Part shown: positions 49,241-59,460 of the stretch, in pieces
Layout: every line of letters begins with the position of its first letter
How positions within the stretch are numbered: position 1 is the first letter of the stretch
NCBI GenBank assembly: GCA_021792255.1
Contig: JAJYUZ010000002.1
Location: 288,001 to 352,000, forward strand
Reading direction: 5' to 3'
DNA from: Thermoplasmata archaeon
Lineage (GTDB): Archaea > Thermoplasmatota > Thermoplasmata > Thermoplasmatales > GCA-001856825
Length of the DNA: 64,000 bases
Translations under genes and position numbers: made by a program
Notes under the pieces: model-generated
Seen by the model: the letters and a program-made list of their open reading frames with translations, nothing else
Databases searched by the model: none
Told to the model about the DNA's origin: nothing

Positions 49241-50602
49241 GTGGAACAGAATGTTACGTTCACTGGCTCATTTATGCAGTCTTTTACTTCTATAGGGCCC
49301 CTGCTGGACATCGCAGCACTGTTTTCTGCAATCGCGGTCTATTCCGGCCCCTTTCTCGGAACGGTAATGTTGATCTCCTTCCTAGCGGCATTTACGACTG
49401 TGTACGTAATATGGTCCCTCTCCAAGCACTTTCAATCGAATGGAGGTTACTACCTTTTCGCCGGAAAGATTTTAGGCAAGAGTGTCGGGGTATCTGTTTC
49501 ATTCCTTTACGTCATATACGCCCTGCTAGTCGTACCCAATGTAGCCCTGTTTGTCTCCTTCTTCATTCTTCATTTCTTCGCCCTTAATTCCGAGTTAAGT
49601 TTCATCCTCAGCTATGCAGTACCTTTCCTCTTCATATTTGGAGTTACAGGAATAGTCTCTCAAGGACTTGGAAGGTCCATAAAATATACAATTTCAGCTG
49701 GAGCAATCGAGCTGATCTTCATATCGATTTTGGACGTTCTCTTTTTGACGCACGCAGTTTCGTTCTCATTTCCCATTTTACCAACTACAAACCTAGAAAC
49801 ATATTCCGTCTTCAGTGGTGTGGTCTTTGGAATACTAGCCTTTGCCGGCATGGGTTCACCGGTATTCCTTTCCGAGGATACCAAGAAGGGAGTTGTCACG
49901 ATTCCAAGGGCACTGAAGTATTCCTATCTGGTGACCGGGATAGTCTTGGTAATCTCTGCCTTCTCGATGATGGCTTTCCTCGGAGTGAATGGAATTTTGA
50001 CTTATTCATCTAATCCGTTCTACGTTAACGATTCCATAAGAGTTTCTTTCGGAGTTTGGGCGTACTTCATGTTTGCGGTACTAGCGGTTTTGAGCTCTAT
50101 GAATCTCAGCGTAGCTTACTCCAATGCACTGCTCAACGCGATTCGGAGGATGTCAAAGGATGGAATCTTACCAAAAAAAGTCCAAAATAATTCCCATCTG
50201 ATTCTCGTCTTTGTGGCGTCAGAAGCAGTGGTGATAACTCTTGCAAATACTTTCCTCGGGAATTTTTTGGGATTTGTAGTAATTGCAGCGATCGTTTCGT
50301 TTTCGTTCATGGCTATCCACATCATTGTAGGAGTTTCTCTGATCAAACTTTCGATGAAGCTGAAGGAAGCAGTAAAATTGCTCGCAGCTTCGGCGTCAGT
50401 CCTGATTCTGACAGTTACGATAGCGTTTTCTTTCATTGCAGATTCAAGTCCCGGTAATCCGACGAGGATCTCTATCATCGCATTCCTAACGGCCGTTGTC
50501 ATATCTGCTTCCATTGCGTATCTTGGAAGCACTAGCTCCAAATCGTGGTACGGGAAGATAAACATCCTGAACAACCTGGATTCTACAGAAAGTGATCGGT
50601 AA
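49241..50602 (+). CDS. APC family amino acid permease
   Basis: About 12 TM; SNGGYY, GILAFAG...LSEDTK..IPRA. Confidence 0.85.
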   Translation: MEQNVTFTGSFMQSFTSIGPLLDIAALFSAIAVYSGPFLGTVMLISFLAAFTTVYVIWSLSKHFQSNGGYYLFAGKILGKSVGVSVSFLYVIYALLVVPNVALFVSFFILHFFALNSELSFILSYAVPFLFIFGVTGIVSQGLGRSIKYTISAGAIELIFISILDVLFLTHAVSFSFPILPTTNLETYSVFSGVVFGILAFAGMGSPVFLSEDTKKGVVTIPRALKYSYLVTGIVLVISAFSMMAFLGVNGILTYSSNPFYVNDSIRVSFGVWAYFMFAVLAVLSSMNLSVAYSNALLNAIRRMSKDGILPKKVQNNSHLILVFVASEAVVITLANTFLGNFLGFVVIAAIVSFSFMAIHIIVGVSLIKLSMKLKEAVKLLAASASVLILTVTIAFSFIADSSPGNPTRISIIAFLTAVVISASIAYLGSTSSKSWYGKINILNNLDSTESDR

Positions 50603-50610
50603 TAGAGAAA

Positions 50611-50683
50611 AGCCACCGGAGGGAATCGAGCCCCCGACCTGCTGATTACAAATCAGCTGCTCTTCCGACTGAGCTACGGTGGC
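50611..50683 (-). tRNA. tRNA-Thr(TGT)
   Basis: GCCACCG/CGGTGGC acceptor, anticodon arm GCTGA-TTTGTAA-TCAGC; T-loop reads CTCGATT. Confidence 0.88.
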
Positions 50684-50794
50684 ATTGTGGAGGCTTCTAA
50701 ACTTCTTACGGTTATTTTATCCTTTTCGTCAAGACGGGTCCTGAGATAATAGCATCAGACAATTCTTAAATAACAAAAGACGGTCGCGAAAAAC

Positions 50795-51304
50795 ATGACT
50801 GATTTGGTTACCGGTCTGAAAGCAGGTGCAATTTCGGGTGTTATTTATGGAGTCATAAGTACGGTCATGACAGAGATATTCGCTCTAACAATACTCAAGG
50901 GATTCATTATGACCGTTTTGGACAGAGCCGTAAGCCAAGCTGCAAATTCCGGAGTCACACTCAGCGCGTCTTCACTCTACACCCTAACGATCGACTTAGC
51001 GGGAATAGCCGCCTTCATCGGCGGCATAGTCGCTGGGTTGATACTTGGTATAATCTTCGGGGCCCTGTATTCAAGAATTCCAGGTAAAACTCCGGTCAAC
51101 AGGGGTCTCCTCCTTGGGTTGATCATGTGGCTGGGTCTCAGCGTCCTTGTAGGTCTGGTGAGTCTATTCGAGTACGGCGTATACTATTACCTCATATCAG
51201 TTGCGGATGGATTAGTTCTCTCTCTTATATTCGGGTACCTTTTGGGGTACTTCTTCGGAATGTGGAGGGAGCCTGTTTCTAGTCCAAACGCCACTCAGCA
51301 GTGA
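50795..51304 (+). CDS. 4-TM membrane protein
   Basis: Gly-rich hydrophobic helices; G.IFG.LY.RIPG. Confidence 0.7.
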   Translation: MTDLVTGLKAGAISGVIYGVISTVMTEIFALTILKGFIMTVLDRAVSQAANSGVTLSASSLYTLTIDLAGIAAFIGGIVAGLILGIIFGALYSRIPGKTPVNRGLLLGLIMWLGLSVLVGLVSLFEYGVYYYLISVADGLVLSLIFGYLLGYFFGMWREPVSSPNATQQ

Positions 51305-51435
51305 AAAAAGAAACATGTTTGCACCCGGGTAGGAGTTGAGATCGACCTCTAGCCTATTTCAAGAGAATGATTGAAATTCTTCTTGTGTAATATTGAGAAG
51401 TTCGTAATATTCGGAGCGCAAGATCGAGATTCCCA

Positions 51436-51520
51436 CGCCGAGGGGGAGATTTGAACTCCCGAGCTCTCGCGAGCAATAGATCTCGAATCTATCGCCTTGG
51501 CCGGGCTAGGCTACCTCGGC
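51436..51520 (-). tRNA. tRNA-Ser(CGA)
   Basis: GCCGAGG acceptor, anticodon arm ATAGA-TTCGAGA-TCTAT, long variable arm, GTTCAAAT. Confidence 0.93.
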
Positions 51521-51666
51521 AAGTAAGGGTCAATGGAAAAAGACTCTGAGAATTTAACTATTTGTAATATTCGTCTGACTGGAAGATCCACTTGATGCAA
51601 TTCATTATGGTACCAGATTGCTAATTTTGTCAAAAATCTAATTAGTCAAACTCAGTTTAGAAATTC

Positions 51667-51930
51667 AAGAAAATTTTGTTCCTCTGGAGAGGAGTTTGAA
51701 GATCTGGAGTTCCTCTATCCTTATTACAGAATGATAGATGAGGGACAAACTCCTGTCGTCGCATGGAAGGAATATTACTTCCTACGCTTCAATAAAAGAT
51801 GAACTTGTAAAGGCTGAAGCTTTCTATGAGAGACGAGAAGTCGGAAAAGATGAAGACTCATTTTCATCAAGACATCCGGGTGACCTATAATCCTTCTCAA
51901 AGACGATGCTTGCTCAACTGAGAGACGAAG
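51667..51930 (+). pseudogene. PfpI/DJ-1 family protein remnant
   Basis: KILFL/GEEFEDLEFLYPYYRMIDEG joined to ITSYASIKDEL...SSRHPGDL*; frameshift, central deletion and premature stop. Confidence 0.75.
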
Positions 51931-51975
51931 GGCAATGTATTAGCAAGAGCACGGATTTATCGGAATGAGTTCGAT

Positions 51976-52533
51976 ATGGTAGAGTTGGAAGTTAATTCAG
52001 TCTTGGTCGTGATAGACGTTCAGAAAGCTTGGCTGGATCCGAGTCTTGGAAAAAGAAACAATCCTGATGCAGAAAGGATAATCTCTGGTCTGATTTCAAA
52101 ATTCAGAGAAAGGCAAAAGAAGATTATCCACGTAAGACACGATTCACTTCATCCAGAGTCGATTTTCAGAGAGGGGAAGTCCACATTCGAATTCATGGAC
52201 GAAGTCAGTCCTGCTCCAGGTGAGCTCGTAATCACCAAGCACGTAAACAGTGCATTTATTGGAACAAATCTCGAGGACACTCTCAGGAAACTTGGAGATC
52301 CATTGGTCTTTTATGTGGGGCTGGTGACTGATCACTGCGTGAGCACCACGGTGAGAATGTCAGGAAATCTGGGATTTAGAAGTTATGTAATAGGTGATGC
52401 GTGCGCAACCTTTGATAGAAGGGATTCGACAGGCCGACTTATCCCAGCAATAGAAGTTCACAAGGTAAACCTAGCATCCCTCGACGGAGAATTTGCACAT
52501 GTAGTAAATTCAAGAGATCTGATTTTCCGATGA
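51976..52533 (+). CDS. Isochorismatase-family cysteine hydrolase
   Basis: VIDVQ, KHVNSAFIGT, TDHCVSTT, DACATF. Confidence 0.9.
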   Translation: MVELEVNSVLVVIDVQKAWLDPSLGKRNNPDAERIISGLISKFRERQKKIIHVRHDSLHPESIFREGKSTFEFMDEVSPAPGELVITKHVNSAFIGTNLEDTLRKLGDPLVFYVGLVTDHCVSTTVRMSGNLGFRSYVIGDACATFDRRDSTGRLIPAIEVHKVNLASLDGEFAHVVNSRDLIFR

Positions 52534-52578
52534 TTCTTAACCCTTAGGGATATGCTATCTTTTCGTACTTCTCAAGTA

Positions 52579-55500
52579 CTACTGAGGCAAGGCCAGTCTA
52601 AGTGTTTTGATTTCATTGGGGTTTATTTCTCCGCTGATTTTCTTAGAATGGATCCCATCTGACCTGATTGAATTCTTCAGAACAGATCTTTCAAGAAGAT
52701 CGGTTTCAACGCAATCTCGAATTTCAAACGGTAAGTAAACGGTGAAGTTTCTTCTTTCTCCCGTCGGATTGAATATTCTAAGAATTTTTCCGCTCTCGTC
52801 TTCTGATTGCTTAATCGAAGCTACAACTATTCCTTCTGCTTCCAGATTTCCGCTTCGATATTCTTTCGACTCCAATAAAACGGGTCTAATGTTGAACTTT
52901 ACACCTTCCCTGTAGTAAAGTATAGGGTCACCTTTCTGAATATAACCATACGAGAACGAAAATGAGTTATTGCCGCGATCGGATAGGGGATCTGGCCAGA
53001 ATGGGGATCTCAAAAGTGAAACCCCCAAATGTCCGTCTTTAAATGAAAACCCGTACTTAGAGTCGTTTAGTAGCACAAATGCCTGTCTATTTCTCTCTAC
53101 TGCAACAAATCTATGAGCTGGGAATTCATAGGTCGGTCCAACAGAAGTTCTCTCTATTGTGGAAAAGGCAGTCTCCCCTATACATTTTCCTTCTCCAGTC
53201 TTGAAATACATTCTGAGAAGTCTGTTGTAACCCTTCCAATCGACATCGAAATGAACGTTCACAAATTCTCCATTCAAAGGGAAAGATAATCTCAGAGTCA
53301 GTATTCCCGGGTCCAGGTTGTATCTGATTTCCAGAATTTCTCCATATCCCTCTTCAGAAAATTTCCTCAGGCCTATCTGCTCCAAAAGATGTCCGTGCTC
53401 CATTCCTAGATTGTCTAGCTCCCAACCATCGAAATAGTAAGGAAAATCATTAAAAATCAAGAGTTGCGGGATTGGCAAATTCTTCCCATCAAGACTTATG
53501 GAAGATAATTTTCCGGATTCAATCTTGACGGTCCATTTGTGTAGGGAATCAGGTGAAGATTTTTTCAGTGGTGGAACCATATTGTCTCCTTCCTTGAGGC
53601 TGTAGGCATAGAAGCCCATTCCTCTGTCAAAGTCTGCGTAGAATCCGCACTCCCATCCATTGCTTAGAACTGGTGCTTCCCTTCCCCTATCATCCACAAC
53701 GATCAGTCCTCTCTGGTCCTCCCCCAATGGCACCCAAGTGGAGGTTTTCCACCAATAGGGAGAGAATATCGTGAACGAAGAGTTCGGACTAAGTGGAGTG
53801 GTTCGTTCCCGGACCAAATCTTTCCGGACGTGCTCTGAAAGATCTCTCAGTTCTTTGACTCCGACCCTGTAAACCTCGTCGATCGACGAGCCCGGTATGA
53901 TATCGTGGAATTGATTCCTCAGCAACGTCTTCCACTCTTTGTTCAGTTTCTCCTGCCCCTTTTCGACACTGAAAGATGCTATGGCCTCCGCAACGAATAG
54001 TTCTGACTCAAGCCTCCTGTTCATCATCTTGATGTCTCCATGGGTGGTGTAAGTGCCTCTATGGGCCTCCAGATACAATTCTCCCCTTATGATGGGAAGT
54101 GAGTCTTGGTGAGATTTCACCTTAGATAACCAGTAATCCAAGGGAGAATGTCCCGTGTAGAACGTTTTCCTCGCGGTATCGATAAAATTAATCCGGTCTA
54201 TCATTTCCTCGGTCGGTCCTCCTCCACCATCTCCATATCCATAGATAAGTGGAACGCTCTCGATTAGACTGGATGTCTCATGATTCTTATCAGTGGTGTC
54301 TTTAACGCAACTCAGGTCAGTATCAGAGATGTAGTCTCTCATATGCGAATGTGCAAGAATGGTGCTCCCATCAGGTCCTTCCCAATTGAAGAGATCGTGG
54401 GGAAAGCGAGTAGTGTCATTATAGGTGAATTTGGTGGTCACGAACATTTCAAAGCCTGTCTTTGTCAAAATCTGAGGGAGTTGTTGAGTATAACCGAATG
54501 TATCAGGTAGCCAAGCTACATTGCTGCATTCGCCAAATTCGCTCTTGAAAAACTGTTGACCGTAGAGGAACTGTCTCACAAGGGACTCTCCGCCTGTAAG
54601 GTTGCAATCTGATTCAACGATCATACCTCCAACGGGTATCCATTTCTTTTCGGCGACAAGTTTCTTTATGTCCATATAAACTTCTGGCTCCATCTCCTTG
54701 ATAATTTCGTAGTGACTGACCATGGACTGGAGGAAGGTGAAGTTCTTGGATTTCATTAAATGGGTGACCGTCGTAAAGGTCCTCCTTATCTTCTCTTTAG
54801 TCTCCGCTATTGGCCAAAGCCAGGCTAGATCAATGTGTGCATTTCCCAAGGGAATGATTTCGGGTCCCTTTTTAGATTCATCATTGGCGTTGAGCTCGCT
54901 GAAAATCGCATCTAACGAATCCTTTACGCTTCTTAGATCAACTGATGTAATGGGTGTTTCAATTTCACCAAATTCTTTCAAATGCAGAAAGGGATCAAAA
55001 CTTGTCAGCCCCTCTCCCAGCACGTTAGAAAAAACATCTGAGTGAACCAGATACGAAATCGGATTGACTCTCAACTGAGGAAGACTTCTGAAGAGATCAG
55101 TGATTTTGTCTACCAGATCCCACTTTTCATCTATCCTTGCCATATCGACTGCAACTTGAAACAAATTGAAGAGGGAGTACAGTTCCTCGTCCCTGCTATA
55201 AACGACACAGTTCACTGGTAATCTCAATCCTTTGTGGGAACCTAACTCTCCAGATTCGGAAATTTCTATGTCGATTCTATTAGTATCAAGAGGAATTCTG
55301 AAGTTTTTGTGCCGGTAATCTAAGCCACACTCGCTCTTTCCATTAAGGGTCACCAAACCGCTGCCATTAACATCGACATAAAGTCTGTTTCCTTGTTTGA
55401 AATTCCACACAAGCGAACCAGAAAGAGTGTCATACTCGTGGACGCTTCTCTTGGGGTTAGCGGAAGATATCTTGAGTTCTAGAAGGATCGGGTCCTTAAC

Positions 55501-55587
55501 GGAAGCGAGAAGCAGTATATTCAGTCTGTTTCTGAGCCTTTCTGAGTTTCTTTTCGCCTTTTCGGGACTTGAAGGTTCGAGACTCAT
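52579..55587 (-). CDS. Alpha-mannosidase, GH38
   Basis: AHIDLAWLWP, GESLVRQ, WLPDTFG, GYGDGGGG, ELYLEAHRGTYT, QFHDIIPGSSI. Confidence 0.93.
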   Translation of the reverse strand: MSLEPSSPEKAKRNSERLRNRLNILLLASVKDPILLELKISSANPKRSVHEYDTLSGSLVWNFKQGNRLYVDVNGSGLVTLNGKSECGLDYRHKNFRIPLDTNRIDIEISESGELGSHKGLRLPVNCVVYSRDEELYSLFNLFQVAVDMARIDEKWDLVDKITDLFRSLPQLRVNPISYLVHSDVFSNVLGEGLTSFDPFLHLKEFGEIETPITSVDLRSVKDSLDAIFSELNANDESKKGPEIIPLGNAHIDLAWLWPIAETKEKIRRTFTTVTHLMKSKNFTFLQSMVSHYEIIKEMEPEVYMDIKKLVAEKKWIPVGGMIVESDCNLTGGESLVRQFLYGQQFFKSEFGECSNVAWLPDTFGYTQQLPQILTKTGFEMFVTTKFTYNDTTRFPHDLFNWEGPDGSTILAHSHMRDYISDTDLSCVKDTTDKNHETSSLIESVPLIYGYGDGGGGPTEEMIDRINFIDTARKTFYTGHSPLDYWLSKVKSHQDSLPIIRGELYLEAHRGTYTTHGDIKMMNRRLESELFVAEAIASFSVEKGQEKLNKEWKTLLRNQFHDIIPGSSIDEVYRVGVKELRDLSEHVRKDLVRERTTPLSPNSSFTIFSPYWWKTSTWVPLGEDQRGLIVVDDRGREAPVLSNGWECGFYADFDRGMGFYAYSLKEGDNMVPPLKKSSPDSLHKWTVKIESGKLSSISLDGKNLPIPQLLIFNDFPYYFDGWELDNLGMEHGHLLEQIGLRKFSEEGYGEILEIRYNLDPGILTLRLSFPLNGEFVNVHFDVDWKGYNRLLRMYFKTGEGKCIGETAFSTIERTSVGPTYEFPAHRFVAVERNRQAFVLLNDSKYGFSFKDGHLGVSLLRSPFWPDPLSDRGNNSFSFSYGYIQKGDPILYYREGVKFNIRPVLLESKEYRSGNLEAEGIVVASIKQSEDESGKILRIFNPTGERRNFTVYLPFEIRDCVETDLLERSVLKNSIRSDGIHSKKISGEINPNEIKTLRLALPQ

Positions 55588-55789
55588 GCTGGTACCCAGT
55601 CTTCCTCAGTCCGTACAACCCTATAAACCATGCACAGCCATATGCGCTTCTCAAATTGAACCTGATTGATTTTTGGGTTCCCTCGAAACTCTCACGTTAA
55701 CCATTCATTGTCCTGACTTCGTGAGGCTTGGATAATTTGGAGATGGAAAGTCAAAATTTGACGTAAAGACTTTATATCAAATTTTCAGT

Positions 55790-56005
55790 TTGATATGGGG
55801 TGAGATTATAGCAAGCACTGGGGGGAGGATACTTGAAGATAGGTTTGGAGACGACGCTCATCCTGTAAAAGAGAATCACAACTATTACAACGAATATCCA
55901 CTGCAATCTAAAAGAAAAGTGAGGAGAAGGACGGTTTTCATCTTGGTCGGATTTTTCGTGCTCTTAATTGGAGTAATCGTGCTCGTAACACGGTTTGTGA
56001 TCTGA
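55790..56005 (+). CDS. Small protein with C-terminal TM helix
   Basis: Basic stretch then hydrophobic helix; start uncertain. Confidence 0.4.
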   Translation: MIWGEIIASTGGRILEDRFGDDAHPVKENHNYYNEYPLQSKRKVRRRTVFILVGFFVLLIGVIVLVTRFVI

Positions 56006-56275
56006 ACTAGTAAGTACGGAACAATATGGGAAGAGTTGGCATCAATCAGCACGAACTGAAGGTGGGCTATTCTCTCTCACGTTTTGGAACAATTCGCAAT
56101 TGTCAGTTTTTGGATTTGATCAGTAGCAGAAAATCGGGAGTCAAGTCCATAGATCTGGTTCCATTCTCAGTAGACTGGCTTGAATCTAACCCATGAGATT
56201 AACTGTTTGAACGGATTGATAGAAGGAGCAGGTCGGATAGACGACCTTAGCAGAGAGTTACTCTCTTCGAGCCTA

Positions 56276-56638
56276 TCACTTTGTTGCTATAGCGTCAATC
56301 TCTACTAGAACTCCCTCTGAAGCAAAACCAGTCACAAGAGTCGTCCTAGCCGGAGGATTTTTCGGAAAGTACTTTCCAAACAGATTATTCATTCTATGGA
56401 AATCACCTTTATATGCAAGATAAACTGAAATTTTTACTACGTTCTCCAGGGTGCACCCAGCGGTTTCCAGTACTTTCTTAATCTTATCTATTGCATTTTC
56501 AAACTGCTGATCAAAATTCAGTACTGCACTCGGGACCTGCCCAGTCTGTCCAGAGAGGAATATAAGGTTCCCCGAAACTACGGCATGAGAGTATGGACCA
56601 CCCTTGGGGATACTGTCAACATTTATCCACTCATTCAT
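56276..56638 (-). CDS. RidA/YjgF family enamine deaminase
   Basis: GPYSHAV, LSGQ, MN..F..YF...PART, VEIDAIA. Confidence 0.92.
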   Translation of the reverse strand: MNEWINVDSIPKGGPYSHAVVSGNLIFLSGQTGQVPSAVLNFDQQFENAIDKIKKVLETAGCTLENVVKISVYLAYKGDFHRMNNLFGKYFPKNPPARTTLVTGFASEGVLVEIDAIATK

Positions 56639-56824
56639 ATTCTATTAGTACGTTCCTGGATATTTAGCTCTTTATCTTCTCAGGAAGAGAATGACCAGAT
56701 TCAGGCGCGTAGGAACCTAAAGAAGCCTGAGATTGTTTTCTTTAGTCTTGTGGTTCACAGTTCACAACATAGGCACTAATCCAGAAGCGCCAATAAAATA
56801 TCGTCCTGACCGATGTTGTACCAA

Positions 56825-58084
56825 CTATCTTGGGCGGCCCCTATGAATAGAATTTCTTCGCCCCACGCTTCTTCCGTTGTGCCCTCTTTGTCTCCTATTA
56901 GGCATCTCGTTCTTGTTGTGCTCATGATTGGGCCCGTGATGTCCACGAGAGATTACTTTGAGGTTTCTGAATGGCTCTATATCAATCTCTATTCTCCTGA
57001 TTTCTATGTTAGCCCTCTTCTTTATTTCAGCAATCAAGATTCTTTGGGAGTCGTTGATTATGGTGAACGCCCTTCCCTCCTTTCCCATTCTTGCGCTTCT
57101 TCCGATTCTGTGGATATAAGCAACGGGATCCTCGGGTGCATCGTAATTTATTATGTCTGTAATTTCTGGAAAATCAAGACCTCTTGCAGCAACATTAGTT
57201 GCCACTAAAACGTCTTCGCCATGTCTGAAGGCATTGAGTGCCCTTTCCCTTTCTGCTTGTGATTTCCCACCGTGGAGAAGCGAAACACGCAGTCCTCTCT
57301 CTTTCAATGTTCCTGCGATTCTGTCAGCCATGTTCTTCGTGTTTGTGAATATGATGGACTTTTTTGGTTCGTATTCTGAATAGTATGCCATCAAGAGTGA
57401 AAATTTGTACTGCTGCTGGACAACCCCATAAAGGTGAGACACATTGCCAACTATCTCTTGCTTTTCATCTCCAACTATGATGTTCTTTCTTTCCTCATTC
57501 ATGAACTTTGCCGCCAGTCCCACAATTTCTTTCGGCATTGTTGCAGAAAAGAGGAGTACTTGTTTCCTTCTTGGAGTATGAGATAATATGATTTCTACGT
57601 CATCAATAAACCCCATATCGAGCATGACATCTGCTTCATCCAACACCACAAATTTCAAATTGCTTAGGCGGAGTTCTCGTCTTTCTATAAGGTCCAGAAC
57701 TCTTCCCGGAGTTCCCACTACGATGTTCGCTCCATTTCTCAGGGCGTTTATCTGCATGCTCATTGATGCACCACCGTAGACCGTAACAACTTTCTTTTTA
57801 TAGACAGCCCCTATCTTTTTAGCCACCTCAGCAACCTGAAGCGTAAGTTCCCTTGTAGGGGCGATTATTATCGCTTCAAGCAGATTACTACTTCCTAAAT
57901 TGTTAATTATAGGTATTAGAAATGCTCCTGTCTTGCCCGATCCCGTCTTGGATCTTACGGATACGTCTTTCCCAGCCAAAATCAAGGGGATAGTGATCTC
58001 CTGAACTTCGGTCGGATTAAAAAAACTCATTTTGTTAAGGGAAGAGGTGAGTTCAGACCTTATTCCCAGTCCTTCAAATTTCAT
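56825..58084 (-). CDS. DEAD-box RNA helicase
   Basis: TGSGKT, PTREL, TPGR, DEAD, SAT, ARGLD, HRIGRSAR. Confidence 0.95.
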   Translation of the reverse strand: MKFEGLGIRSELTSSLNKMSFFNPTEVQEITIPLILAGKDVSVRSKTGSGKTGAFLIPIINNLGSSNLLEAIIIAPTRELTLQVAEVAKKIGAVYKKKVVTVYGGASMSMQINALRNGANIVVGTPGRVLDLIERRELRLSNLKFVVLDEADVMLDMGFIDDVEIILSHTPRRKQVLLFSATMPKEIVGLAAKFMNEERKNIIVGDEKQEIVGNVSHLYGVVQQQYKFSLLMAYYSEYEPKKSIIFTNTKNMADRIAGTLKERGLRVSLLHGGKSQAERERALNAFRHGEDVLVATNVAARGLDFPEITDIINYDAPEDPVAYIHRIGRSARMGKEGRAFTIINDSQRILIAEIKKRANIEIRRIEIDIEPFRNLKVISRGHHGPNHEHNKNEMPNRRQRGHNGRSVGRRNSIHRGRPR

Positions 58085-58322
58085 CTAGTTATACCGTCAC
58101 GTCATGTCGACTTTGTTATTGAGCTTAATCCTTATTGAATAATCGACGATATTCCAATACATTTCCGTCCACAATGAAATCACGCACAGTCAAAAAAGAT
58201 CATAGTGAGCAAGTACGTGCGCTTCACTGGTGATAGATTCGAAAGGAAGTGGTAAAGTTAAAAAAGAGACCGAAAGGGGAAAATTGAAGGCATTAATCCT
58301 CAGCAATATGGACCGCCCATAG

Positions 58323-58394
58323 TGGACTGGCGGGGATTTGAACCCCGGACCTCCTGCTTGCAAAGCAGGCGATCTTCCGCTGATCTACCAGCCC
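58323..58394 (-). tRNA. tRNA-Ala(TGC)
   Basis: GGGCTGG/CCAGTCC-A with G3:U70, anticodon loop TTTGCAA, GGTTCAAATCC. Confidence 0.94.
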
Positions 58395-59125
58395 TCTTGT
58401 TTCACTCTCATTTTCTTTTCTTTAGAGAATTTTATCTCTTTGAGGGTTTCTTCATCAATTTGTCCGTCGTATTCCTCCGGTTCCATCATGCTCTCAGGAG
58501 TGACGAACTTGCAGATGAACACTTCTTGACCAGCGTGATATATGTTTTCACCACTACCCACAATAGCCTCACTCTTTATAGGGATCACCAATGGGGTATC
58601 GAAATGATATAGGCCAGCTATGTAGGCCTTCTCTTTGGAACTGGACAGATGAATCCACCTCCTGTCAGATGGCAGTATCCCATTCTCCCTGAGGATTTCG
58701 AACTCCTCTTTGTTCGTGGGATAGAAGAGAATTTCCGGTATGCTATCGGAGGGTAAATCGGTGAGATCGACGTCTATGGAATGCCCATAAGTAGCCCTCA
58801 AGTATCTCTTGTTATCACTCAGCTGATACCTGCCCTTCTGATCCGTCAACACTATTGCAAAAATGTGGGAAGGACCAACGAAGTGAAATCTCCTGTAATA
58901 AAATCGAATCTCTTGGACCATCTCGTCTATGTTTACGTACCCTCTATCTGAGATCTCCAGATGATACCTCTCGGGTTTGTGTCTCAGAATTCCAGTTATA
59001 ATTCTGCCTAGCATATCCACTTCTTCATCTGAAAGAATAAACTTTCCCTCTTCTCCACAGGAAGGACAGTCGTGACCCCTGTAGTAACCATGGACCATGC
59101 ATTTACGAATCTCGTTACTGGGCAC
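58385..59125 (-). CDS. kptA: RNA 2'-phosphotransferase (Tpt1/KptA)
   Basis: N-terminal C..HGYYRG..C..C, ILRH, KGRY, RATYGHS, IHLS. Confidence 0.9.
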   Translation of the reverse strand: MPSNEIRKCMVHGYYRGHDCPSCGEEGKFILSDEEVDMLGRIITGILRHKPERYHLEISDRGYVNIDEMVQEIRFYYRRFHFVGPSHIFAIVLTDQKGRYQLSDNKRYLRATYGHSIDVDLTDLPSDSIPEILFYPTNKEEFEILRENGILPSDRRWIHLSSSKEKAYIAGLYHFDTPLVIPIKSEAIVGSGENIYHAGQEVFICKFVTPESMMEPEEYDGQIDEETLKEIKFSKEKKMRVKQEGW

Positions 59126-59460
59126 CAGCAGAAATTGTGAATGGTGTTATAACACTTTTGCACCGGTAGGGTACCTATGGGTGGTGAACGAAACAGAAAA
59201 CGCCGTGTATTGGCCAAATATTCTTCACGGTTTATCGGCGTTGAATGCTTCTTGAAATCGCCACTTCCATCTGTATTGGAATATTTCCCTTCCACAGTTA
59301 CCATTTATTGAGCAGGACCTTGAAAAAGTCCGACAGTTTCCAAAAAATGAGACAGTGATGAACGCTCGAGGGCATATTTGACCACAGCTTCCATATATAA
59401 ATCTGGACTGCCATCAAAATCAGAAACAATAAATAAAATAGGCGAATCAGCACGTTATAA

